From a virus: a DNA stretch of 37,156 nucleotides. The notes beneath the pieces are model-generated. The model did no database searches and was not told where the DNA came from. It was given only the letters and a program-made list of their open reading frames with translations. The number at the start of each line of letters is the position of its first letter. Position 1 is the stretch's first letter. This document shows positions 20,575-29,837 of the stretch, piece by piece. The DNA is taken from IMG/VR virus record IMGVR_UViG_3300048913_000063, positions 1 to 37,156 of that record; one strand, given 5' to 3'. The position numbers and the translations under genes are program-made.

Positions 20575-23031
20575 ATGTTCATTCCTCGCCAAAAACGACC
20601 GCCGCAACAACCCCCGGCACAGACACTTACGCTTCCTGCTCCTACTGGTGGCTTGAACGCACGCGATGCATTGGCGGCTATGCCGCCTACCGATGCAACG
20701 ATTCTGACCAACTTTTTCCCGAATACCACGAGTGTAGAGTTGCGTAAAGGCTTTGTGCGCTGGTCAACCGGTTATTCCGCGCCTGTAGAAAGTCTGATGG
20801 CATATAACGCCGGAGCAACCAGCAAGTTGTTTGCTGCTTCTGATGGCTCATTCTATGACGCTACTGCTCAAGGCGCACATGGTGCTGCGGTAGTGACAGG
20901 ATTGACAAATGCCCGCTGGCAGCATGTGAACTATACAACGCCTGGAGGCTCATTCCTCTATACCGTAAATGGCGCTGATTACCCGCGTATTTATGATGGC
21001 ACAACTTGGAAAGCTGTCTCTGGACTAGGCTCGCAAACAATCACCACGATTACCTATTCTGGCAGCACTGCTACGGCTACAACCAGTGCGCCACATCTGC
21101 TGTCTACCGGGACAATCATTAGTCTGACTGGCGCGACGCCGACGATGTATAACGGCGCTTATGTCATCACCTCGACTGGTACGAATACCTTTACCTATGT
21201 GATGGGCCAATATGCGATTGCCTCTATCACTTTTTCTGGTACTACGGCTACGCTCACGACGATCTTCCCGCATGGGCTTAGCACTGGCAATAACATCACT
21301 GTTTCTGGTGCTGCGCCAGCAACATACAACGCAACGTCGAATATTACTGTTACTAGCGCTACTACCTTCACTTATACGATGGGTGGCACGCCAGCGACGA
21401 ATGCGACAACGGTAGGCCAGTATGTTGTTAATCAGACGACTAGCAGCATTACCCGCGTTGGAACGCTCGCTACGCTGACTTCTGGCACTCCGCATAACTT
21501 GGTGACGGGGGATTTCGTCCTCGTCTCTGGAGCTACGCCAGCGGCCTTTAATGGCACATTCCAAGTAACCGTTACTAGCGCTACGGCATTCACCTATAAC
21601 ATGCAGAGCGATCCTGGTGCGAATGCTGCGCCAGTCGGTACATTCGTCAAAGTCCCAGGCAGCAATGCTACGATCACTGGCACTTATACGATTGTGCAAC
21701 GTCCTGTATCGATAACCTTTGTCGGCACGACTGCGACTTACACGACTAGCACGCCGCATAATCTGACGACTGGCACAACGATTATCGTTTCTGGTGCTAA
21801 TCCGAACGAATACAACGGGACGTTCATTGTGACCGTGACGAGTCCTACAACGTTCACTTATACAATGAGTGCAGCCCCGGCGACGAACGCAACTGTTGTT
21901 GGTACGTTCATTGTTACGCCTGCCATTACCGGTGTAGATGCGCGCAATCTGATTCATCTGAATATCTATGCGAACCGGTTGTTCTTTATCGAAAAGAACA
22001 CGTTAAAAGTGTGGTTCCTGGCTTCTAATGCTATCTCTGGCGCGGCCCAAGTGTTTGACTTTGGCTCCCTGATGAATCTTGGAGGCTCATTAGCGGCTAT
22101 GATCACATGGACGATTGATAATGCTGCTGGTATTCAGGAATATGCATGCTTCATTTCGACTGAAGGCGAAGTATTGATGTATACCGGGACTGATCCGAGT
22201 AACGCTGCAAACTGGACTAAAGCAGGGCATTTCTTTATTGGTCGCCCTCCTGGCAGGCGGTTTTATACCCGGTATGGCTCCGATGTTATTCTGTTGACGA
22301 CTGATGGTTTTACGGCACTCTCTAAATCGCTCCTGACGGATCGTTCGCAATTGCGTGATTCTCTTAGTGATAAAATTTCTACATTGGTTAATAGCGACAC
22401 TGAAAGTTATTTCAATAACTTTGGATTCCATGCTCTCTATTATCCAACCGGTAACAAAATATTCGTTAATATCCCGCAAGTACAAAATGCGAATCAATAC
22501 CAATATGTGATGAATGCTGTGAATAATTCATGGTGCAAATTCACTAATTGGAACGCTAATACTTTTGAGATTTTGGGTAATGATTTGTATTTTGGTTCAA
22601 ATGTTATCGCTGGTTCTGCGTATGTAGCAAAAGCGGATACTGGTTATTCTGATGATGGCGGATATATTTTCGGTGAAGCAAAGACCGCTTTCCAATATTT
22701 CGGATCGCCAGGCCGGAAAAAACATATCACTATGGCGCAGCCTATTTTCAATCTAACTGGCAATATGACTGCTACGCTCGGGATTGATATGGATTTCAAC
22801 GATAACTATCCGATTGCGAATCCAACTTTTAGTGGGATCGGAGGCACGCTCTGGAACACTAAGCTATGGAATACGTTCCCATGGAGCCCTGGCGTTAGCA
22901 CAAAGACGGATTGGCAAGGACTGACCGGTGTGGGTAATGCTGGTGCGCTGCATATGCGCATTGTGAACAATATGAGCGCAACCAATTGGCAGGCAGTTAC
23001 TTATGTATTCCGCTTGGGTGGCGTGCTATGA
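20575..23031 (+). CDS. Large tail protein (818 aa; tail tubular B/nozzle-like position) carrying four tandem ~70-aa insert domains
   Basis: Track ORF. N-terminus ...LTLPAPTGGLNARDALAAMPPTDATILTNFFPNTTSVELRKGF is a motif recurrent in podovirus tail proteins. The C-terminal ~370 aa are Asn/Tyr/Phe/Gly-rich beta sequence. Confidence 0.6.
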   Translation: MFIPRQKRPPQQPPAQTLTLPAPTGGLNARDALAAMPPTDATILTNFFPNTTSVELRKGFVRWSTGYSAPVESLMAYNAGATSKLFAASDGSFYDATAQGAHGAAVVTGLTNARWQHVNYTTPGGSFLYTVNGADYPRIYDGTTWKAVSGLGSQTITTITYSGSTATATTSAPHLLSTGTIISLTGATPTMYNGAYVITSTGTNTFTYVMGQYAIASITFSGTTATLTTIFPHGLSTGNNITVSGAAPATYNATSNITVTSATTFTYTMGGTPATNATTVGQYVVNQTTSSITRVGTLATLTSGTPHNLVTGDFVLVSGATPAAFNGTFQVTVTSATAFTYNMQSDPGANAAPVGTFVKVPGSNATITGTYTIVQRPVSITFVGTTATYTTSTPHNLTTGTTIIVSGANPNEYNGTFIVTVTSPTTFTYTMSAAPATNATVVGTFIVTPAITGVDARNLIHLNIYANRLFFIEKNTLKVWFLASNAISGAAQVFDFGSLMNLGGSLAAMITWTIDNAAGIQEYACFISTEGEVLMYTGTDPSNAANWTKAGHFFIGRPPGRRFYTRYGSDVILLTTDGFTALSKSLLTDRSQLRDSLSDKISTLVNSDTESYFNNFGFHALYYPTGNKIFVNIPQVQNANQYQYVMNAVNNSWCKFTNWNANTFEILGNDLYFGSNVIAGSAYVAKADTGYSDDGGYIFGEAKTAFQYFGSPGRKKHITMAQPIFNLTGNMTATLGIDMDFNDNYPIANPTFSGIGGTLWNTKLWNTFPWSPGVSTKTDWQGLTGVGNAGALHMRIVNNMSATNWQAVTYVFRLGGVL
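21037..21918 (+). repeat. Four tandem protein-level repeats (~58-73 aa each) inside the 818-aa tail protein
   Basis: Units begin ITTITYSGSTATATTSAPHLLSTGT..., IASITFSGTTATLTTIFPHGLSTGN..., SSITRVGTLATLTSGTPHNLVTGD..., PVSITFVGTTATYTTSTPHNLTTGT.... Each continues ...(V/I)SGA.P..YNG.F.VTVTS.T.FTY.M. The DNA is diverged, so this is not a recent duplication. Confidence 0.85.
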
Positions 23032-23465
23032 AGCTTTTCATTGCCCATGATGATATCGGGCATGAAAGCATTGCTAAATGGGTCTGTGAGCGCATTCCTC
23101 ACGTCGAATCGTTTTCCAATATGAAGACTATTGGCGTGATGGATGAGGGTGGAAATCCTTTAGGCGCTGTCGTTTATCATGAATACCGTGATCATGATAT
23201 TCAAATGTCTTGCGCTGCAGATTCCTCAAGATGGCTGAGTAGGAATATACTAGCGACAATATTTGAATACCCTTTTTCGCAGCTTCAATGCAATCGAGTT
23301 ACGGCACTGACGCCATTGAGAAACAAGCATACGCGACAATTTCTTGAGAAAACGGGATTCAAGCAAGAAGGCATCATGCGGCGCGGTTTTAATGATGATG
23401 ACTGCGTAATCTACGGAATGCTGCGCGAAGAATGTAAGTGGATAGAGAGGAAAAATCATGGGTAA
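23028..23465 (+). CDS. GNAT-family N-acetyltransferase (145 aa)
   Basis: Internal ATG of track ORF 22986..23465, overlapping the tail-protein stop (ATGA). ...GAVVYHEY.......RWLSRNILATIFEYPFSQLQCNRVTALTPLRNKHTRQFLEKTGFKQEGIMRRGF is a RimJ/RimL-like GNAT core. Confidence 0.7.
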   Translation: MKLFIAHDDIGHESIAKWVCERIPHVESFSNMKTIGVMDEGGNPLGAVVYHEYRDHDIQMSCAADSSRWLSRNILATIFEYPFSQLQCNRVTALTPLRNKHTRQFLEKTGFKQEGIMRRGFNDDDCVIYGMLREECKWIERKNHG

Positions 23466-24633
23466 AAGTAGTCCAAAACCGCCGCCAGCACCAGATCCAA
23501 ATGTCGTCGCAGCGGCCCAAACTCAGCAAAACAAGGATACTGCGATTGCGAATGCGGCATTGAATCGTATTGATCAAATCACTCCATGGGGTAATCTGAC
23601 TTATACCCAAAATGGTGTGGATGCGAACGGAATCCCGAAGTATACGCAAACGATCAATCTGTCGCCAGAGCAACAGAAGTTAATGCAATCGAATGACCAG
23701 ATTAGTCAAGCCCTGGCGAATCTTGGTCTGAATCAACTTGGCACCACTTCGCAAACACTCGGACAGCCATTCAATTACAACAATGCTCCCTCACAAGTGA
23801 ACAATGTTGGATTCAATCCTAGGGACTACTCCAGAGGGGTGAGCTACGGGACTATCCAAAATGATGTGGATATGAGCAAGGTTCCCGAGTTGATTGGCGG
23901 AGAAGCGCTCGACCGTGATTTACAGACGCAACGTGATGCTCTCTATCGCCAGCAAGCAGCATTCCTTGATCCTCAGTGGAAGCAAGACCAATCCGATTTG
24001 GAAAATAAATTGGTTCAGCAAGGTATTGCGCAAAATTCCGATGCCTGGAATCGTGCTGTAGGTGATTTCAGCCGAAACAAAGAATTCGCCTATGGCAATG
24101 CTCGTAATACGGCTATCACTGGCGGTGGTCAGGAACAATCTCGTTTATTCAATATCGGATTGGCGTCAAATCAGAATGCCTATAATCAAGCTTTGAATAA
24201 TGCGCAGTTCCACAATTCTGCTCAAGCACAAGGATTTGGACAAGCATTCCAAAATGCCGGGATGAACAATAGTACTCAAAGTCAATTGTTTAATCAGGGC
24301 TTGGCTAATGCGAATCTTCAAAATCAGGGGCGCAACCAATATATCAATGAGCAGAATTACCTGCGGCAGCAGCCATTGAATGAATTGAATGCACTTCGCT
24401 CGGGTTCGCAAGTAACTGCACCGCAATTCTCTGGTGTTCCTCAAGCTGCTGTTGGGAATACTGATATCGCTAATCTTTATAATAATCAGTATCAAGGTCA
24501 ATTGGCTAATTATAATGCGCAAATCGGCCGAAATAATGCCATTACTGGTGGCTTATTTGGACTTGGTGCTGCTGGTTTGGGAATGCTTGGTAGCGGTGGT
24601 CTGTCATCGCTTCTGCTTGCTGGAGGACTGTAA
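23458..24633 (+). CDS. Internal virion/ejection-type protein (391 aa) with a Q/N-rich region and a Gly-rich hydrophobic C-terminus
   Basis: Track ORF. N-terminus MGKSSPKPPPAPDPNVVAAAQTQQNKD.... Residues ~215-345 are dominated by Asn/Gln. The end is GGLFGLGAAGLGMLGSGGLSSLLLAGGL. Confidence 0.5.
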   Translation: MGKSSPKPPPAPDPNVVAAAQTQQNKDTAIANAALNRIDQITPWGNLTYTQNGVDANGIPKYTQTINLSPEQQKLMQSNDQISQALANLGLNQLGTTSQTLGQPFNYNNAPSQVNNVGFNPRDYSRGVSYGTIQNDVDMSKVPELIGGEALDRDLQTQRDALYRQQAAFLDPQWKQDQSDLENKLVQQGIAQNSDAWNRAVGDFSRNKEFAYGNARNTAITGGGQEQSRLFNIGLASNQNAYNQALNNAQFHNSAQAQGFGQAFQNAGMNNSTQSQLFNQGLANANLQNQGRNQYINEQNYLRQQPLNELNALRSGSQVTAPQFSGVPQAAVGNTDIANLYNNQYQGQLANYNAQIGRNNAITGGLFGLGAAGLGMLGSGGLSSLLLAGGL

Positions 24634-26243
24634 TGGCAACTAAATCGCCAAATATGATTAGCTTTGGCCCGAGCCAGCAAGACTTGCAGGCACAGCAGAT
24701 TGACCTTGCACGTCGTCAGCAAATCGCCGATGCTTTACGTACTCAATCTCTTGCCCCAATCGAGCAACAGACTGTCTCTGGTCGCGTTATCCCTATTAGC
24801 CCATGGCAAGGTGCATTTAAGCTTGCAACTGCTTATCTTGCGAATAAGGGACAGGAACAGAACGCCGTAGATGAAGCAAAGCTAGGCCAAGCAGCGGCAC
24901 AACGTCAAGCGGCGGCTTTGCGAGCTTTGGCTCCTGCTGGCACTTTTGATCAAGATACACAATCTTCTCCACGTCAGCCTGTTCAACTTGGAATGGGTCT
25001 GACTGATGAAAGCATGGGCGAAGTTCCGCCACAAGCTCCTGCTGCGCCACAAGTCGATCAAGGGACACGCTCTCGCTGGGCAAAGATCCTGGCTGCGAAC
25101 AATTACGATCCGGCACTGGCCAAGAAACTGATTGAAAATGAACTAACTACGCCAGAAGAAACGCGCAATCTGCTAGCTCAGGGCATTGACCCTACTGCTT
25201 ATGGCAAGGCACGCCTTGGGAAAGAATTGGCTGGTGGCGTTACGAACGTGGCCGCAGGAACTAGTGTGTTCAATCCTAGCACTGGTCAATTTGTTGCTGC
25301 TGCCCCTGATTTTGGTACTGGTACGCAAGGTAGTTTTGGTCCTAATGGCCCTCAGATTAATCGTATTCAAGGCTCTGAGAATATCGCTCAACTGGCAGGA
25401 GAAAAAGCCCGCCAAGAAGCAGGCGGTCGTGCTGGATTCAATACGATCACGGTCAATACTCCGAATGGCCCTGTACTTCTCACTGAAGAACAAGCCGCTA
25501 AGATGGCTGGTGGTGGGCAGCAGCCTCAATCGAATGCGCCAGTCAATTTCACGGCTTCTAATGGCGTGTCTATCAATATGGCTGGCCGCACTCCACAGCA
25601 GATCATTCAAGCTGCACAGGCTAGTGGTGATCCTCAAGTAATGCAAGCTGTAGGCGAATGGATGCGCAGTGGCGGCCAACAGCCGCAAGGTCAGCCAGGT
25701 ATTCCGCTTATGTCCAAAGCGCAGGAAGCACTGCAAGTAGGGCAAGCCGAAAATCAGGTGGCTCTTGCGCGTGATCTGGCAAAGAATGCTCAATCGCCCG
25801 AAGCACAACAAAAGATTGCTGATGCTCAATCGGTGGTTGGTTTGCTTCAAGAGGCAACGCCATTCATTCAAAGCGCTACTAGCAGCACTGTAGGCAATCT
25901 CCGTGATGCAGCATTGGGCCTGGTCGGCAAATCTACTAATGCCGGTCAAGATGCCGCTCGATTGGCCGCAATTGGTGGTCAACTGGTATCCAAGATGCCG
26001 AAAATGTCCGGTCCTCAATCTGATAAAGACGTTCTGCTTTATAAGGAAATGGCTGGACGTATTGGCGATCCGACTGTGCCATCTGATATCAAACAAGCGG
26101 CGGCAGATACCATCCTTCGATTGAATCAGAAATATTTGCAAGTGAATCAGGGCAGCATGGCAACTCAAGCGTTGAAACAGACCCAAGGAACCGGGAAAGC
26201 CCCTAGTATTGATGACCTGCTGAACAAATACGGAGGCCATTAA
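24633..26243 (+). CDS. Internal virion/ejection-type protein (536 aa)
   Basis: Track ORF with TAATG coupling at both ends. Ala/Gln/Gly-rich. The call rests on position and size only. Confidence 0.45.
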   Translation: MATKSPNMISFGPSQQDLQAQQIDLARRQQIADALRTQSLAPIEQQTVSGRVIPISPWQGAFKLATAYLANKGQEQNAVDEAKLGQAAAQRQAAALRALAPAGTFDQDTQSSPRQPVQLGMGLTDESMGEVPPQAPAAPQVDQGTRSRWAKILAANNYDPALAKKLIENELTTPEETRNLLAQGIDPTAYGKARLGKELAGGVTNVAAGTSVFNPSTGQFVAAAPDFGTGTQGSFGPNGPQINRIQGSENIAQLAGEKARQEAGGRAGFNTITVNTPNGPVLLTEEQAAKMAGGGQQPQSNAPVNFTASNGVSINMAGRTPQQIIQAAQASGDPQVMQAVGEWMRSGGQQPQGQPGIPLMSKAQEALQVGQAENQVALARDLAKNAQSPEAQQKIADAQSVVGLLQEATPFIQSATSSTVGNLRDAALGLVGKSTNAGQDAARLAAIGGQLVSKMPKMSGPQSDKDVLLYKEMAGRIGDPTVPSDIKQAAADTILRLNQKYLQVNQGSMATQALKQTQGTGKAPSIDDLLNKYGGH

Positions 26244-28324
26244 TGGCTGATCTGGCACAACTGGAAACTGCGCTTCGTAATGCTGATGCGGCTGGTGATT
26301 CGCAAGCTGCGCAGATGATTGCGGCAGAGATTCGCCGTCAACGTTCGGCTCCTGTCATTCAGCCTGTTCAACAAGCGACATATGATCCAACGCAGGGCAT
26401 GAGCACTAGCGAGAAGCTACTTGCTGGCGCTGGTAAAGCCTTTGTCGATCTTGGGCGCGGGGCAGGCCAATTGCTGCGTGGTGGTATTGGCGAATCTGCT
26501 GCTAATCGTCTTGGATTGCCAACTGCTGCTGATATCGAAGAATCTCGCCGCCTGGATGCTCCCTTGATGCGTACTGGAGCAGGAACTATCGGCAATGTCG
26601 CAGGTTCTGTCGCTGCCGCTCTCCCTACCGCATTTATCCCTGGCGCTAATACGATCGGTGGTGCTGCACTATTAGGAGCCGCACAAGGCGCTTTGCAGCC
26701 AGTAGGTGAAAAGGATAGCCGACTGCAAAATATCGGCACTGGCGCTCTTTTCGGGGCTGCTGTGCCTGCTGCTATCAAGACTGCCCAAATTGGTAAAGCT
26801 GCACTGATTGACCCGATTACTGATGCGGGCCGTGCTCGGATCGTTGCTAAGGCATTGCGCCGTGCTGCCTCCAATCCTGAACAAGCTGCACAAAATCTTG
26901 CAACGCGTACTGCGGCAACGCCTGGATTCCAACCGACTGCTGGACAATTGGCTGATGATGCTGGATTGGCTTCGCTTGAACGTGCTGCCCGTGCTATTCA
27001 ACCGGCAGAGTTTGGGGATATCGATACTTCGCAACAGGCCGCATTGGTTAATGCTTTGCGTGGCGTAGCAGGTACACCAGAACAACGTGCAGCAGCGATT
27101 GCTAATGCGAATCAACAAGCAAAAGGGCTATATGGACAAGCATTTAAGGAAAATGTAGAAGTAACACCAGAATTGGCAAAACTAGCTTCTCGTCCTTCCA
27201 TGCGGATGGCAGAATCTCGCGCTAAAGATCTGGCAAGTGAACTGGCTATTCCATTCCAGACTACTCTCGAAAATCTTCGCCCTCAATATGTTTCTGCTGG
27301 GCGTCCTAATCCTCTTAAAGCCGTTGTTCAGGATTCTGAATTTATTCCTCCAAAGTATGAAGCATTCCAGCAACCAGTACGCTCAGAATATACATTGCCT
27401 GGAGCAGCTTTTGATGCTTATCGTACGACTCCTCAAGTTGGCCCTCAGAAGATTCCAGTGTATGAGAATATTCAGCGAGAAACCAAAATACCAGGAACTG
27501 GTATTTACAAAGATGTTGAGAAAGAATTTTTAGATAGCAATCTTCCAAATGTAATGATGGAAATTCCGCCCCTTGAAAGTGTGCCGGTTCGAGATTTGCA
27601 TACCGTGAAAATGGCTATGGATGCTCTTTTGAAAGACCCAACTAAGGGACTAGCAGGGCGAGAAGCATCGGCAATTGCTGCGACAAGAGAAAAATTGCTC
27701 GACATTCTTCCAGAAAATTATCAAGTTGCACGTCAGGCGCATATTGAAAATATGCGACCAGTGAATCAACAGGATATTGGACAGGAACTGTATAACCGTT
27801 TCGTTCCTGCTCTTTCAGATGCGAGTACAAATCCTTTTAGGACTCGCGCACAATCCTTAGCCCAGGCACTTAGAGAAGGCGACCAATTGGCGAAAAATGT
27901 TACAGGTATGAAGAATGCCAAATTGGAAAACATCATGACTCCTGAGCAGATGGGCGCATTACGAGGCGTTGTGTCTGATTCTGCTATGCGTGCCGCCGCG
28001 CAAGAAGCTGGTAAGGGAGTTGGTTCGGACACTGTGCAAAAAATGTCAATGTCCAATCTGATTAACGAAGCTGGCTTGCCTAGCTGGATTAGCTCCATTG
28101 CACGCGTGCCAGGCGGTTATGCCAAGGCAGCAGGTAATTTCCTGTATGGACAAAGTGATGAAGCTATGCGGAACATTCTTGCCGATACGCTGCGTGATCC
28201 GCAGAAAGCAGCCGAAGCATTGAGGAATGCAGGTGTCCCGCCAAGTAAGATTGCTGAAATCCTGCGTGTTGGTGCTCAAGGATCAGCGTTTGCCGTTCCT
28301 GCCATCGTTCAGGGGCAGCAGTAA
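26243..28324 (+). CDS. Internal virion/ejection-type protein (693 aa)
   Basis: Track ORF with a Gly/Ala-rich N-terminal third. No transglycosylase or peptidase motif recognised. Confidence 0.45.
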   Translation: MADLAQLETALRNADAAGDSQAAQMIAAEIRRQRSAPVIQPVQQATYDPTQGMSTSEKLLAGAGKAFVDLGRGAGQLLRGGIGESAANRLGLPTAADIEESRRLDAPLMRTGAGTIGNVAGSVAAALPTAFIPGANTIGGAALLGAAQGALQPVGEKDSRLQNIGTGALFGAAVPAAIKTAQIGKAALIDPITDAGRARIVAKALRRAASNPEQAAQNLATRTAATPGFQPTAGQLADDAGLASLERAARAIQPAEFGDIDTSQQAALVNALRGVAGTPEQRAAAIANANQQAKGLYGQAFKENVEVTPELAKLASRPSMRMAESRAKDLASELAIPFQTTLENLRPQYVSAGRPNPLKAVVQDSEFIPPKYEAFQQPVRSEYTLPGAAFDAYRTTPQVGPQKIPVYENIQRETKIPGTGIYKDVEKEFLDSNLPNVMMEIPPLESVPVRDLHTVKMAMDALLKDPTKGLAGREASAIAATREKLLDILPENYQVARQAHIENMRPVNQQDIGQELYNRFVPALSDASTNPFRTRAQSLAQALREGDQLAKNVTGMKNAKLENIMTPEQMGALRGVVSDSAMRAAAQEAGKGVGSDTVQKMSMSNLINEAGLPSWISSIARVPGGYAKAAGNFLYGQSDEAMRNILADTLRDPQKAAEALRNAGVPPSKIAEILRVGAQGSAFAVPAIVQGQQ

Positions 28325-28450
28325 GAAAGATTTGAGAGCGCAAGGCCGCATATAATGCTGAACTAGCAATTTAATCGGCAATGCAATAAATCCGAGAATA
28401 GCTAGAGCTATAAATGGACGAAGAATTAAAGCAATAAGCCATGGTTCCAT
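28283..28450 (-). CDS. Possible 55-aa antisense membrane peptide (speculative)
   Basis: MEPWLIALILRPFIALAILGFIALPIKLLVQHYMRPCALKSFLLLPLNDGRNGKR. One clear TM segment, but no Shine-Dalgarno. The 3' end overlaps the 693-aa gene. Confidence 0.25.
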   Translation of the reverse strand: MEPWLIALILRPFIALAILGFIALPIKLLVQHYMRPCALKSFLLLPLNDGRNGKR

Positions 28451-28519
28451 AAGTATCCAGATGGAATTACAATGACAGCAGTTTAACCTAATTTATGCCA
28501 TAAAAGCGGGAGGTGTATT

Positions 28520-29707
28520 TTGCCATTTTCTGGGACTGGCGTTTTCGTTCGAGTTTATCAATGGGTAAACGATGCCGCTAATGGTATTTTTGTTGATGCA
28601 ACTCGCACTGACACTGATAGCAATGATATTGCTGCGGGTCTGACCAATTGCGTTACTCGCGATGGTCAATCTCCGTGGTTGGCAAATATTCCGGCTGGCG
28701 GATTTAAGATTACCGGATTAGCTAGTGGAGTAAATACAACTGACTCAGTAAATCATACTCAAGTATTCGATAGCCCTGCATTTAATAGTCCAACTATTGT
28801 TACTGATCCTGCCCCGACTGATAATAGCTCTCTTATTCCGTCTACACGATGGGTAACGCAGAAAGCATTTCAGACTGCACTGCCCGCTCAAACGCTTGGT
28901 TTCCTTCGCTCTGATGGAACTAATGCTGCATTTACGCAGACGCATACTGGTTATGCTCAAAATGAAGTTAAAGGCGCAGATATCGCAAGTGCGGCGACTA
29001 TTAACCTTACGACGGCCACTGGTAATCTGATTCATATTACTGGTACAACAACTATTACGGCTATCACAATCCCAAGCGGGGCTGAACGAGAAGTTGTATT
29101 CGATGGCGTATTAACCCTGACATATAATGCGACCACGCTTATTTTGCCGACTGCCGCAAATATCATCACGGCGGCAGGGGATACCGCTACGATCCGTGGT
29201 GATGGCTCGGGAAATGCCAGAGTAGTCAAATATCAAAGGGCAAATGGTCAGCCGTTAGCTAATGCTCAAATCGGGGATCATGAAGTTATTGTACAAACAG
29301 GAAATGGCCGAGGAAGCACAAATACTGCAATCCGCAGATTTTCTACGATTTCAGTCAATGTTGGCACGGCGATTACTTATGCAGACAGCGCAACGCTTGG
29401 TGCTTCGTTCACTATCAATGAAACTGGTATTTATGCAATTCAATATACCGATGATTTCGGCACAAACGTAATCATGGGTATTTCTCGAAACAGTACGACA
29501 AATAATGCTGCCATGAATGGCAGTACGCCAGCGGCTGAACGTATCGCTATTAGCGGAACATATAGCGGTCTTGGCCTGCCATCAAATGCTGTTCGGGTAA
29601 CTAAGCTGACTGCCGGGGATGTGATTCGGCCAAATGATGGAGGCTCGTCCAGTAACACTACCACTTTTGCATTCTTCTCTATTCGTAAGATTGGTCCGGC
29701 CCCATAA
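28520..29707 (+). CDS. Tail fibre / receptor-binding protein (395 aa, TTG start)
   Basis: Track ORF after GGGAGG. N-terminus ...GTGVFVRVYQWVNDAANGIFVDATRTDTDSNDIAAGLTNCVTRDGQSP...GGFKITGLASGVNTTDSVNHTQV is a conserved fibre N-terminal anchor pattern. The rest is Thr/Ala/Gly/Asn-rich. Confidence 0.65.
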   Translation: MPFSGTGVFVRVYQWVNDAANGIFVDATRTDTDSNDIAAGLTNCVTRDGQSPWLANIPAGGFKITGLASGVNTTDSVNHTQVFDSPAFNSPTIVTDPAPTDNSSLIPSTRWVTQKAFQTALPAQTLGFLRSDGTNAAFTQTHTGYAQNEVKGADIASAATINLTTATGNLIHITGTTTITAITIPSGAEREVVFDGVLTLTYNATTLILPTAANIITAAGDTATIRGDGSGNARVVKYQRANGQPLANAQIGDHEVIVQTGNGRGSTNTAIRRFSTISVNVGTAITYADSATLGASFTINETGIYAIQYTDDFGTNVIMGISRNSTTNNAAMNGSTPAAERIAISGTYSGLGLPSNAVRVTKLTAGDVIRPNDGGSSSNTTTFAFFSIRKIGPAP

Positions 29708-29741
29708 TTATTTAAATGATTTTTAACCCGAAAGGAAGAGT

Positions 29742-29837
29742 ATGGAAAAGCTGAACATGGCTACAGGTGGCGGCGGTCAACAACGCCCACCAGATCAAAA
29801 AACGATGATCCCACCGAAGCCAAAGAAAACAAAATGA
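29742..29837 (+). CDS. Possible 31-aa Gly/Pro/Lys-rich peptide
   Basis: ATG after GAAAGGAAGAG. MEKLNMATGGGGQQRPPDQKTMIPPKPKKTK. ATGA overlap with the next gene. Confidence 0.3.
   Translation: MEKLNMATGGGGQQRPPDQKTMIPPKPKKTK

Noticed and set aside
20575-29707. A diversity-generating retroelement targeting the repeat-bearing tail protein or the tail fibre C-terminus
   Set aside because: No reverse-transcriptase ORF (no YxDD-type motif) occurs anywhere in the closed genome. I also saw no template/variable repeat pair with adenine-specific differences. The four tail-protein repeats are diverged protein-domain repeats.
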